Source: a virus. From it: 64,000 nucleotides of DNA. The stretch covers positions 32,001-96,000 of IMG/VR virus record IMGVR_UViG_3300022391_000001; one strand, written 5' to 3'. A program made the translations under genes and the position numbers. Shown one piece after another: positions 28,386 through 37,459 of the stretch (within the stretch, counting starts at the first letter, position 1; each line of letters starts with the position of its first letter). The notes beneath the pieces are model-generated. The model saw only the letters and a list, made by a program, of their open reading frames with translations. It was not told the DNA's origin and ran no database searches.

Positions 28386-29581
28386 CAGCCCTTCTTGCCG
28401 CCCTTCTTGCCGCCCTTGGCCTTAGTTTTGGCCTTGTCCTTGCCTTTGCCGCCGGAGATCCGATCCAACTCGGCATCCAGCGCGTCCAGCCCCAAGTCGT
28501 CATCGTCCTGTTTCTTGGTCTTGGACACCACAACTTTCTTGCCCTGCTTCGGCGGCTTCACAGGCTCGGGCTCCGGCTCATCATCATCGTCGCCTTCATC
28601 GTCGCCTTCATCGTCGGCGTCGTCGTCGGCGTCGTCACCTTCATCGTCGTCGGCGTCGTCATCGTCGGCGTCGTCGGCGTCGTCATCGTCGGCGTCGTCA
28701 TCGTCGGCGTCGTCGTCATCGTCGGCGTCGTTCTCATCGTCGTCATCGTCGGCGTCGTCGTTCTCATCGTCGTCGCCGTTCTCATCGTCGTCGTCACCAA
28801 AGGCATCATCGTCGGCGTCATCTAGCTTCACGCCAGAGATCATCGCCTGGATATCCTGTGGAGTCTTGACCATGTTGGCGACCAGCTTAAACAGGTCGCA
28901 ATCGCCATTCTCAGCCATCGCCTTCAGGATCTTCTTGCGCAGCTCCTTGGACAACTTCACAGGCTTCTTGAGGCTTTCGGTGTCAGCCTGGACCTTGTAT
29001 TTGGTGTCATTCTTTCCGCGCCCTTCGCGGCTGATTCTGGCCAATATCGCGGCGTCTGGATCAGTGATGTCGCCGTTGTCAAAGAACAGCTCCATCAACC
29101 CCTCATACACCGTCTTGCCGCACATGAGCACGGCTGGTTTCTCCGGCAATTTCTGCCACGGCTCCGACTTGGCGCGACGATGCTTCAACGGCGTGACGCC
29201 CCACAGAAAACGAGACTGTGGACGAGCGTTGTCTGCCTCTTCATCGCTCAATTGACCCGTCCGAAGTGCTTCAGCCATCGGACACTCCGACGGGAGCTTG
29301 AAGCCCTTTTTCTTGCGCAAAAATGCCTTGACAAATGGATGCTTGATCACCGGGTTGGCGTCGGTGTCCAATGATACCACCATCCCGTTGTTCTTGCCCA
29401 CCCCGAAGTGGACGGTGACGGGCACATAGTTGAGCCCGGCTGTGGGCGGGTGCTCATCGTCATCCCTACAGGGAGGATGGATGTACACCAAAGTGTCCCC
29501 CTCGGGCGGAGCCCAGAAGTCCCCGCCGCGCTGCTGCGCCTCATAGCCCTTGCGCATACGCCCCATATCAACGGCCATCAC
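28385..29581 (-). CDS. gp32-like single-stranded DNA-binding protein with long acidic tail
   Basis: DITDP...ISREG.GK.DTKY.V core typical of phage gp32-like SSBs, an Asp-rich tail, and position next to recA. Confidence 0.75.
   Translation of the reverse strand: MMAVDMGRMRKGYEAQQRGGDFWAPPEGDTLVYIHPPCRDDDEHPPTAGLNYVPVTVHFGVGKNNGMVVSLDTDANPVIKHPFVKAFLRKKKGFKLPSECPMAEALRTGQLSDEEADNARPQSRFLWGVTPLKHRRAKSEPWQKLPEKPAVLMCGKTVYEGLMELFFDNGDITDPDAAILARISREGRGKNDTKYKVQADTESLKKPVKLSKELRKKILKAMAENGDCDLFKLVANMVKTPQDIQAMISGVKLDDADDDAFGDDDDENGDDDENDDADDDDDENDADDDDDADDDDADDDDADDADDDDADDDEGDDADDDADDEGDDEGDDDDEPEPEPVKPPKQGKKVVVSKTKKQDDDDLGLDALDAELDRISGGKGKDKAKTKAKGGKKGGKKG
28575..28820 (-). repeat. low-complexity (DDDAD)n / GACGATGACGCC coding repeat
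   Basis: tandem tcatcgtcggcgtcg units. Confidence 0.9.
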
Positions 29582-29627
29582 TCACTCTCCTTGAACTGGT
29601 GCTGATGTATTCAATCGTCCCGCAGCG

Positions 29628-30140
29628 CTATGCCCGGGCTTTTCTTTTCTGGTTGATTGCACGCATCGCTGATTCCGCGTGCGCCATATCAGGATTCTTG
29701 GCTGCCCTGGGGCGTGTAGACATGCCTGTGGCCTCCAGCTCCGCTCGGGCCATCGCGCCTTTGGATTGGAGCATATTGGCTTTGGTCCTGAATGCCTCAT
29801 AGATGGCGCGGGTGAGTGTGACGTTGCGGGTGGCGGCGGCCAAGCTCTTTTTGATCGTCATGAAGCGAGGGTCCGCTTCAAGAGCCTGCCGCACCTTCCA
29901 CTCCGACATCTTGCCGTCCGCTTCGATCATGGCAGCGCCGGTCTTGGCCCGCCAAGCCCGATACCACGCGTCAGCAGACTTCATCTCCGCTTCGGCTGCC
30001 GCCCAAACGGCTCCCCAGTATGCCATTTTGGCGGCGACCTGATCCATGTCTTTGCTCAGGTCGCCCACCTGCAACTCGACATCCACATTGATGGCGACCG
30101 ATTGGCCGTCCACCTCGATATTGACTTCACCGAAGCTCAT
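29628..30140 (-). CDS. UvsY-like recombination mediator
   Basis: all-helical, with MSEWKVRQALEADP and EAFRTKANMLQS patterns; lies beside SSB and RecA. Confidence 0.55.
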   Translation of the reverse strand: MSFGEVNIEVDGQSVAINVDVELQVGDLSKDMDQVAAKMAYWGAVWAAAEAEMKSADAWYRAWRAKTGAAMIEADGKMSEWKVRQALEADPRFMTIKKSLAAATRNVTLTRAIYEAFRTKANMLQSKGAMARAELEATGMSTRPRAAKNPDMAHAESAMRAINQKRKARA

Positions 30141-30141
30141 C

Positions 30142-30645
30142 TCAGCTCGCTTTCTTGACACCGCCAGACGCTTTGCGCGGGCCACCCTTCGCCTTTGGCG
30201 CCGCTTTGGCTGCCTTGCTGACTTCCTTGGCTGCCTTTGCAGGCTCGGACTTGGGTTGTACCTCGGACTTCACCTCCGCCGGCTCAGTCTTATTGGGCTT
30301 CTTGCCCTTTGGTTTCTTGGTTCCAGACTTCTTGGCCTTTGGCTTCTCGGGTGCTTCAATCGGTAGCTTGGCATTCAGCCACTGCTTGGCACTCGCGTGT
30401 GCGGAGAAATTGAGCACCCACTTGTCACCGTAGGTGATAGAGCCACCCTCCAGGACTGGCGACGTGATCGTGCGGCCCTTCATGAGCTTGCGCTTGAACG
30501 TCCCAAACTTGTGGACTCGCAATTCAGTGCTCTTGGTCAGCAACTCCAACATGACTTCGAACGTCTTTTGAATTTGATCCTTGTGGACGCCAACCGCCTT
30601 GGCGATATCCGACACGCCCAAAATGACCTTTGTATCGTCTGACAT
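30142..30645 (-). CDS. HU/IHF-like DNA-binding protein with Lys/Ala tail
   Basis: LRVHKFGTFKRK...GRTITSP...LNFSA. Confidence 0.8.
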   Translation of the reverse strand: MSDDTKVILGVSDIAKAVGVHKDQIQKTFEVMLELLTKSTELRVHKFGTFKRKLMKGRTITSPVLEGGSITYGDKWVLNFSAHASAKQWLNAKLPIEAPEKPKAKKSGTKKPKGKKPNKTEPAEVKSEVQPKSEPAKAAKEVSKAAKAAPKAKGGPRKASGGVKKAS

Positions 30646-30675
30646 GATTCACCTCCTGTTTGTGTCTTTCCTGTC

Positions 30676-33600
30676 TTATGCAGCCCGCGCATGTTTGGCT
30701 GACTTTTTCAGGAGCTTGATCGCACCGTTGTTCAAGAAATATTGCCAACTTTTCCTGTCTTTCTTGCGATCTAGCTGAATTCGGAGATGATTGCCCGCCT
30801 TGATGTGCTTCTTGGCACTCGCGTCCCATGCCGACGCAAAGCAGATCACATCGATGTAGTTGCCAATCCCGTCGATGATGCCAAAAAAGGCCATTTCATT
30901 GCTGTTCTTGTCGTACTTCAACCGCACATGGGTAATGACCCCGGTGAACCAACTGCTCAACCCGAGTTCAAAGAGCTGATTGGTGATCGCGCTGGCGCGA
31001 AGCGTCGTGACCACTTCGCCCTCCGCGCCCTTGTATTTGATCTGCTTGTCGGCCCAAGGGTAGGACACCGACGGGTGCTGGCCTGCTATGATGCGCTCCC
31101 AGACAGTCAGCGGTGCCCCCTCGTTCACCTTCTTGCGGTACACTTCCAGATCCAATAGGAAATGGGCGCGCAAATTCTCATACCGCGCATTGGCCGACGC
31201 GTGAACCACCACCGGGGTCCCAACGCCCGCGTCAACCACCTCACGGAAGTCATCAAAGATGTCAAAGTCAACCTTGATCCGGTTCTGCTTCCCGCCGACA
31301 TCCTCCACGTTGACATTCGCATACCTCGCTCCCCAGAACATGTCCCGCCGCTCTTCAGCAGACGGAAGCTCCCCTGTGTGAAAGTCCCCCACCTGGTTGT
31401 ACTTCACCTCCACAACAACGCCGACGATGAACACTCCGGCTCCGTCGTTGTTCACCCAAAAGTCTTCATCGCTCATGGCGGCGATTGGAACCTTGATGTT
31501 CTTGGAGATGAAGTCCCCGTATGCATCAACTGGATGCTTCCCAAAGGCCAGAGGGTTGACCTGGGACGCGATCAACTGCCGCTCTTCATCGGCATAGTCG
31601 GGCTCCGCCGCCCATTGCTTCAGAAGCTCCCGAAGCCCCTCCTTGTCCTTCTTGTTGTACACCTTCCAGAAGTCTTCAATGCCCTCGATGAACTGCTTGA
31701 TATTGGGCAACATCTCATCGAGCGCTCCCGCGCGGGCCAGCGCCAAGACCACGCCCTTGTGACACTTGCGCCGGTCCACGCGGGCAAGGAAGTCAAACAG
31801 CCCCTTGTAAGGTTGATTCTCCATGATCGTTGTCGCCGCCGCTTCACCAACACCCTTGATGTCAACCAAACTCCCCCGGATGGCCCTGCGTCCCGAGTCA
31901 ATTGCAAACTGCTTCTTGGACATCGACACAGAGGGTGGCAGCAGCTCGATGTCGTGGCGCTTGACATCCTTTGCGATCTGCTGGATGCGGAGCCGCTGCG
32001 GCTCGTTCTTGAGCAGCGCCCAGTAGAATTCAAGCGGATACTTCCGCTTGAGCCACATCCCCCAATAGGCGATAACTGCATAACATACAGCGTGAGAGCG
32101 GTTGAATCCATAGCTGTTGTGTGATTGAAAATATTGAGGATTTGCACCTTTGGAACAGACCAAATAGTTGGCTAATTCACCACCGTGCTCACACTCGATG
32201 TCCCACATCGACTCCACGCCGATATCTCGGACTTCAACCACAACGGCGGAGCTTCCCAACGCCAACATCCTCACGCCCGGATACAGATCATTGGCTTTCA
32301 TCCACCCTTTGTCGGTATTCCACCAATGATCTGGAGAGCAAGCAAGAGTCTGGCCGCCTGTGAGCTTGATGTCGAATTGCCGACGCACGCCCGTCCTAGC
32401 AACCGTCTTGACTCTGTTTTCGGTTGGCCGCCCCTCGGAATCCAAGGACACGATTGAATCGCCTGGCTTCAAGTCGCTGATTGCTTTCGTTTCAGCCTGT
32501 AACTCCGAGAATAATGCATCGAACACATGTTCTTGCTGTATGTGACTCTGCCGCACCCCAAATAAATGCATATCGGCTCTTGCCGTTTTGAGCCCTTCAG
32601 ATGATAGGATGTGTGCGGCCCTCGTGCTGTTATCTCCAGATTGTCCAGAGTGTTGTTCGTCGTGTCGCCGTCGATATGATGCACCATCTCTCTGGACAAC
32701 AGCTTCCGACCAATCATCTTTTCCATGGCCACTCTGTGCTCCAGCTCCCAGCCATTCTCCGTCTTGATCGTCAAGTAACCATTCTGCTTCCCCTTGTCGC
32801 CAATTTTCTTCTTGCAAGTTGGCGCGCCGCGCTCCGTTGTCAACTCTAAATTGTCGATGTCGTTGTTCATCGGATCGCCGTCCTTGTGGATCACTTGCTC
32901 CCGATTTGTCAACCGCCGGCCTATCTTCTGCTCCATGAGCCATCGATGCTCTCTCACCCATCCCCTCTTTGTCTTCACATCCATGTATTTGCCGTCGCGT
33001 CGGCGGCTCCCTATTGGCTTGGCTTTCGGCATCCTCTTGACTCCCGTTGTCGTTTCGTTTAGCTTCTAACGAAACGACAACGCAAGAACAAGAGGGCAAA
33101 CAACCAAAAAAAGTTATCGCGTCCATCACCCGCCCAGCGGTCTTGGCGTCCATACCGCAAGTTGCCTTCGCGCCCTCGATGAAATTTTGACGCTCCTTGC
33201 CAATAGTCTCGTCGCCCCACTTCTTTGCGATCTTTTTCCTGAGTGAGTCAGCGGTGGCCGGAGGGAACCCGGCGACCTGTGTGAAAATCTTCAGCACATG
33301 CTCCTGGTACACGATGATCCCGAGGGTGTCCTTGGTGATCTCATCTACCAACGGGTGGCCAAAGGCTGACTTCTTGATCAGCTTCGGGTCCTTTTTGCGC
33401 GCCACGTACTGGGTGGCCAAGCCCGAGCGTGCGGTGCCCGGTCGATTCAGCGCTGTCATCGCAGCGATGTCTTCAAAGTTGTTGAACTCAACGCCTGAGC
33501 AAATCTTGTCGGCGCCCGGGGAATCGTATTGGAAGATCCCCACATAGTCATGGTCTGTGAACCCCTGGAGCACATCAGGCTCGTTGAGGTCCAACTTCTC

Positions 33601-35547
33601 CAAGTCGATGTCCACCCCGTGCCGCTCCTTGATCGCCTTCACGCAGTCGTTCAACACGGTCAGAGTCCGGAGCCCGAGCACATCGAGTTTAAGCAGCCCC
33701 ATCGCCGCCACGCCATACATGTCGATGGCGCTGACCACGACATCCTTGCCCTCGTGCTTCCGGATCTCCAATGGAACCAGATCCGTGAGCGGCACCGGTG
33801 ATGTAATCACCCCGGCGGCGTGTATGCCGAGGGTCTTGGCCATCCCCTCCAGCCGCTTGGCGTGACGGAGCACGTCTGGATACTTCGCGTTGAATTCCTG
33901 ACACACCTTGAATTCAGCGAAGCTGTCCTCAATGGTCTGGCTGGCCCGCTCATCGCCGCTGCTCCGCTCGATGATCGAAGCGGTGACCGCGTTCACCTCG
34001 GCATAGGGCACGTCCAGGACTCGGGACACATCCTTCAGGCACTGCTTCCCTGACAGTTTACCCACTGTCGCGATCTGACACACCTTGTCGGCGCCATACT
34101 TCTCACGCAAGTGGTCGATGATCTCCTGGCGACGCACATCCTCAAAGTCCATGTCGATGTCGGGCATGTCGATACGACTGGGTGAGATGAACCGCTCAAA
34201 GATCAACCCGTGCTCGATGGGGTCCACGGAGGTGATGCCCAGCAGGAATGAGACGATTGAACCGGCGGCGGAGCCCCGCCCTGGCCCGCAGGCGATGTTC
34301 TGGCGTCGCACCCAATCATACAAGTCTCGGACCAGCAGGAAGTAACCGATGAACCTCTGCCGCTTGAGCGCCCCCAATTCCATCTTCAGACGGTCCCGGT
34401 AGATGGCGACGGCTTGGGCCGGCGGCATCTTCATCCGGCGGGCATAGGCGGCTGCCCGGCTCGGGATATCCCGCCAGCTCCAACCTCCGATGCACAGCTC
34501 TTTCAGGTACTGATACTGCTGTGCATCTGTGGCGTCATATCCGCCATATTCACTCGGGAGCCGAAGCGCCGGCATCAAGCACGCGAAGCGGTCGATGTTG
34601 ATGATCTTCGGCTCGATCATGCTATTGAACAGCAGAGTGTTGTCCAATGCCTCCTTGATGACCTTGTCAGACATGAATTCATGGTTATCTTGGAAGGCTG
34701 TCTTCATCTCCGCCCGAGTCCGGAGGTGAAACTCATTGTTGCCGAAGCGGAACCTGTCTGGGTTGGACATCCTGTCCCCGGTCCCGATACAGAGCATCAC
34801 CTCGTGGGCGTCGGCATCCTTCTGGTCGACATAGTGGGCGTCTTGCGTCGCCAACAGGCGTGCGTGCTTGCCCCAACGCTCCCGGAGATCCAATGCGAAT
34901 TGGTTGGCCAACCGTTGATCGTCGATGGCGTGCGGTTGCACCTCCAGCCAGAGGTCTTCACCGAAGCGCTCCCGCAGCTTCTCGGCGTCGGCCAATGCCA
35001 TCCGCTTCTTGCCCGTCGCAACCCGGTCGTTGATCGGCGATGACAAGCAACCGGTGGCAACCGCCAATCCGTCGCCGTGTTCCATCAGCGCCTTGAGGTC
35101 GATGCGCGGCTTGTAGTAGAATCCCTCTGTCCAGCCCATCGTGGACAGCCGATACAAGTTGCGGAGCCCTTCGGCGTTCTTGGCCCAGACGGTGATGTGC
35201 CACCGGTCCCGGATCCCCCAGTGCTCCTCATACCCCTTGACGGCGTTCTTGGCGTCGGCGCGATTCATCCCCTGGGTGATCTCCGCCCGCTCTTCAGGCG
35301 TGATCCCCTTGCGATGCATGTCCATCGCGACATAGAATTCAATCCCGTATATGGGCTTGACGCCGTGCTCCTGGCACTCCAACAGCTGCTGGTAATATCC
35401 GCGCATCGTGCCGTGGTCGGTGATCGCGATGGCTGGCGCTCCGCGCTCCTTGGTCGCCTTGACATAGTCGGCGACCTTGCCGCAACCGTCCAATTGGCTC
35501 ATATCCGCGTGTACGTGCAAGTGGACAAAGTCTTCAGCCTTTGACAC
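30676..35547 (-). CDS. dnaE: DNA polymerase III alpha (DnaE) precursor containing an intein
   Basis: FVHLHVH..SQLDG PHP, GPGRGSAAGS, MPDIDMDF, HAAG, KLDVLGL, YGFNRSHA, HhH and OB domains. Confidence 0.97.
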   Translation of the reverse strand: MSKAEDFVHLHVHADMSQLDGCGKVADYVKATKERGAPAIAITDHGTMRGYYQQLLECQEHGVKPIYGIEFYVAMDMHRKGITPEERAEITQGMNRADAKNAVKGYEEHWGIRDRWHITVWAKNAEGLRNLYRLSTMGWTEGFYYKPRIDLKALMEHGDGLAVATGCLSSPINDRVATGKKRMALADAEKLRERFGEDLWLEVQPHAIDDQRLANQFALDLRERWGKHARLLATQDAHYVDQKDADAHEVMLCIGTGDRMSNPDRFRFGNNEFHLRTRAEMKTAFQDNHEFMSDKVIKEALDNTLLFNSMIEPKIINIDRFACLMPALRLPSEYGGYDATDAQQYQYLKELCIGGWSWRDIPSRAAAYARRMKMPPAQAVAIYRDRLKMELGALKRQRFIGYFLLVRDLYDWVRRQNIACGPGRGSAAGSIVSFLLGITSVDPIEHGLIFERFISPSRIDMPDIDMDFEDVRRQEIIDHLREKYGADKVCQIATVGKLSGKQCLKDVSRVLDVPYAEVNAVTASIIERSSGDERASQTIEDSFAEFKVCQEFNAKYPDVLRHAKRLEGMAKTLGIHAAGVITSPVPLTDLVPLEIRKHEGKDVVVSAIDMYGVAAMGLLKLDVLGLRTLTVLNDCVKAIKERHGVDIDLEKLDLNEPDVLQGFTDHDYVGIFQYDSPGADKICSGVEFNNFEDIAAMTALNRPGTARSGLATQYVARKKDPKLIKKSAFGHPLVDEITKDTLGIIVYQEHVLKIFTQVAGFPPATADSLRKKIAKKWGDETIGKERQNFIEGAKATCGMDAKTAGRVMDAITFFGCLPSCSCVVVSLEAKRNDNGSQEDAESQANREPPTRRQIHGCEDKEGMGERASMAHGAEDRPAVDKSGASDPQGRRSDEQRHRQFRVDNGARRANLQEENWRQGEAEWLLDDQDGEWLGAGAQSGHGKDDWSEAVVQRDGASYRRRHDEQHSGQSGDNSTRAAHILSSEGLKTARADMHLFGVRQSHIQQEHVFDALFSELQAETKAISDLKPGDSIVSLDSEGRPTENRVKTVARTGVRRQFDIKLTGGQTLACSPDHWWNTDKGWMKANDLYPGVRMLALGSSAVVVEVRDIGVESMWDIECEHGGELANYLVCSKGANPQYFQSHNSYGFNRSHAVCYAVIAYWGMWLKRKYPLEFYWALLKNEPQRLRIQQIAKDVKRHDIELLPPSVSMSKKQFAIDSGRRAIRGSLVDIKGVGEAAATTIMENQPYKGLFDFLARVDRRKCHKGVVLALARAGALDEMLPNIKQFIEGIEDFWKVYNKKDKEGLRELLKQWAAEPDYADEERQLIASQVNPLAFGKHPVDAYGDFISKNIKVPIAAMSDEDFWVNNDGAGVFIVGVVVEVKYNQVGDFHTGELPSAEERRDMFWGARYANVNVEDVGGKQNRIKVDFDIFDDFREVVDAGVGTPVVVHASANARYENLRAHFLLDLEVYRKKVNEGAPLTVWERIIAGQHPSVSYPWADKQIKYKGAEGEVVTTLRASAITNQLFELGLSSWFTGVITHVRLKYDKNSNEMAFFGIIDGIGNYIDVICFASAWDASAKKHIKAGNHLRIQLDRKKDRKSWQYFLNNGAIKLLKKSAKHARAA
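32116..33102 (-). mobile_element. intein (329 aa, residues 816-1144)
   Basis: FFG|CLPS...ISDLKPGDSI...CSPDH (block B)...GW..A.DL..G...MWDIE...SHN|S; removing it restores FFGSYGFNRSH. Confidence 0.93.
32469..33032 (-). CDS. tandem-HNH homing endonuclease nested out-of-frame within the intein
   Basis: two EHR..ME..IGR.L...E.V.H.DGD..NN..DNLE repeats; own GGAG/GAGG RBS; +1 frame relative to dnaE. Confidence 0.9.
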   Translation of the reverse strand: MPKAKPIGSRRRDGKYMDVKTKRGWVREHRWLMEQKIGRRLTNREQVIHKDGDPMNNDIDNLELTTERGAPTCKKKIGDKGKQNGYLTIKTENGWELEHRVAMEKMIGRKLLSREMVHHIDGDTTNNTLDNLEITARGPHTSYHLKGSKRQEPICIYLGCGRVTYSKNMCSMHYSRSYRLKRKQSAT

Positions 35548-35597
35548 CCGATCCCTCCAATCGGCGGCGTGTATATCCTACCAAACCACTCGGACGT

Positions 35598-36185
35598 TTA
35601 TTCGCCCAACCTTGATAGGACTGCGCGCGCCGCGTCGCCTTTGACCACGTTGGTGGTTGTGATATGGCACTTTGGAACCGTGATGGAGCGCTCGAACATC
35701 AGCGTGAACAGCCGGTCCAGTGTTCTCCAATCGGCCTGCGATGGGAACCACCTCCCCTCGCAGCGCCGCTTACAAACGTCATAGGCGGCGGTCATCCAAA
35801 CGTACAGCACATCGCCGCCCTGCTGTGTCATCAGCTCCTGCCAGAATCCCACCAATTTGCGGCTCGCAGACAGGTCCTTGTAGTAACCATCCAGATGGTT
35901 GTGAAGCACACCATAGGCGACAGCGGAGGGCAGCGAGCGGTCCAATATGACGTTTGCTCGGAGGGTGCCTAGCAGGTCTGCCGTGAAAAGATCCTCGATG
36001 TGGCAGTTCAGAGGTATCCGGAAGTCATCCCTGAGCACTCGCTCCGCGTCGCCCTCGTGCCCCCAATGCAGATCGGAGTTGCCCCGCCTGAACGGCCGAT
36101 ACACCGGCCATTCAAGCCACTGCGACAGCTCCTGGGCACAAGATGACTTGCCAGTCCCGTTGAGCCCCTCCAATATGATGATCAC
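35598..36185 (-). CDS. dNMP (thymidylate-like) kinase, divergent
   Basis: IIILEGLNGTGKS P-loop; ILDRSLPSAVAY. Confidence 0.82.
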   Translation of the reverse strand: MIIILEGLNGTGKSSCAQELSQWLEWPVYRPFRRGNSDLHWGHEGDAERVLRDDFRIPLNCHIEDLFTADLLGTLRANVILDRSLPSAVAYGVLHNHLDGYYKDLSASRKLVGFWQELMTQQGGDVLYVWMTAAYDVCKRRCEGRWFPSQADWRTLDRLFTLMFERSITVPKCHITTTNVVKGDAARAVLSRLGE

Positions 36186-37459
36186 AGAGCCAACCCCTTG
36201 TGAACAGCATCCACCGCTGCCAATGCCCAAGCCAGATCATTCTCCGGGATGGTCAGCGGCGGTGTGAATCGGATAGGCCCGAATTGCCGATGCGTGGCAA
36301 ACAACAATCCGACTTCCCGCGCCCGATGGATGAACTGAAAACCGTCATATCCATAGGTGTGAAAGTCGGGCGTGAAGGCGTTGAGCATCCCGAAACCATC
36401 GACGCTGGCCACCCAATCATAGCCACCCAACACCGTCCGGATCATCTCCCCCCGTTTACGCACCATCGGCAAATTGGCATCCAACCATCTGAACATCTCC
36501 GCTGCCATGTGACAGACAAAGGGCGAGCCCCCGAAGGTGTTGAAGTGGACTCCTGGAGTGAACGCCTTGGCGACATCCTCCGACGCCAGCATACAGCTCA
36601 TCGGGAAACCCATGGCCAAGCCCTTGGCCAGCGTCATGATGTCGGGCTTGACTCTGATCTTCGGGTGCTGCCACGTGGCGTGATAGCCCGCGCGTCCCGA
36701 GCCCGCTTGCACATCGTCATAGATGAGCAGGAAACTGTGCTGCTTGCGTATCCTGGCCAACTCTTGCCAGAATGCAGGCGGATATGTGTGCACAGTGTTG
36801 TTGCCCAAGACGGGTGCGAGAATGACGGCGGCGACTGTGTCCCAATCTGGCGCCTTGGGCTCGTGCTCGGCGCCGTCTGTAACCACCTGTTGGAGCACCA
36901 ACTCATCTTCACGCCATCTAGGGTCCAGGACTCCGAAGCCAGCAGCGATGGGCCCAAACCCGTGGCGGTGATATGGACTGACTCGGAAGTCCCCGGCGGC
37001 GAGACTCAGACCGGTGCGCCCATGGAAGTTGCCTTCCATCGTCAAGATGCGGCGCCGCTCTTCATGCCCCCGGTCCCACCAATACTTGCGCGCAATCTTG
37101 ATGGCTGCCTCGTTGGCTTCAGTCCCGCTGTTGGAAAAGAAGATCCTGTCCATCTCCGTGCGCTGGCAAATCAGCTCCGCCGCTTCCCAGCGCGTTGGAT
37201 TGGGATAGATGTCAGGGAGCTGGTGCGGAGCCCCGGTGCCAAAGAATTTGAACACCGCCTGAAGAACCTCCGGCGTGTTGTAGCCCAGCGCGCAGACACC
37301 CTCATCCCCCCAGAAATCCAAAAGGCGTTGTTGCTTCTCAACATCCTTGACGGCACTTCCGGCTGCCGATTCAACCGTTATCGGCAGCCGTACCACGTTG
37401 TTCATCAGACGGCCGTTGTACTTCTCGGTGTTGACCGTCGTGTCCTCATTCTGGTTCAT
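36182..37459 (-). CDS. class-III PLP-dependent aminotransferase (ArgD/OAT-like)
   Basis: FSNSGTEANEAAIK, FHGRT, DDVQAG, TLAKG (PLP Lys), TFGGSP, IRFTPPL. Confidence 0.9.
   Translation of the reverse strand: MNQNEDTTVNTEKYNGRLMNNVVRLPITVESAAGSAVKDVEKQQRLLDFWGDEGVCALGYNTPEVLQAVFKFFGTGAPHQLPDIYPNPTRWEAAELICQRTEMDRIFFSNSGTEANEAAIKIARKYWWDRGHEERRRILTMEGNFHGRTGLSLAAGDFRVSPYHRHGFGPIAAGFGVLDPRWREDELVLQQVVTDGAEHEPKAPDWDTVAAVILAPVLGNNTVHTYPPAFWQELARIRKQHSFLLIYDDVQAGSGRAGYHATWQHPKIRVKPDIMTLAKGLAMGFPMSCMLASEDVAKAFTPGVHFNTFGGSPFVCHMAAEMFRWLDANLPMVRKRGEMIRTVLGGYDWVASVDGFGMLNAFTPDFHTYGYDGFQFIHRAREVGLLFATHRQFGPIRFTPPLTIPENDLAWALAAVDAVHKGLAL

Noticed and set aside
32469-33075. Group I intron carrying the HNH within the intein
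   Set aside because: The insert is almost entirely HNH ORF, leaving little room for a ribozyme core, and the host frame stays open. Not formally excluded without RT-PCR.
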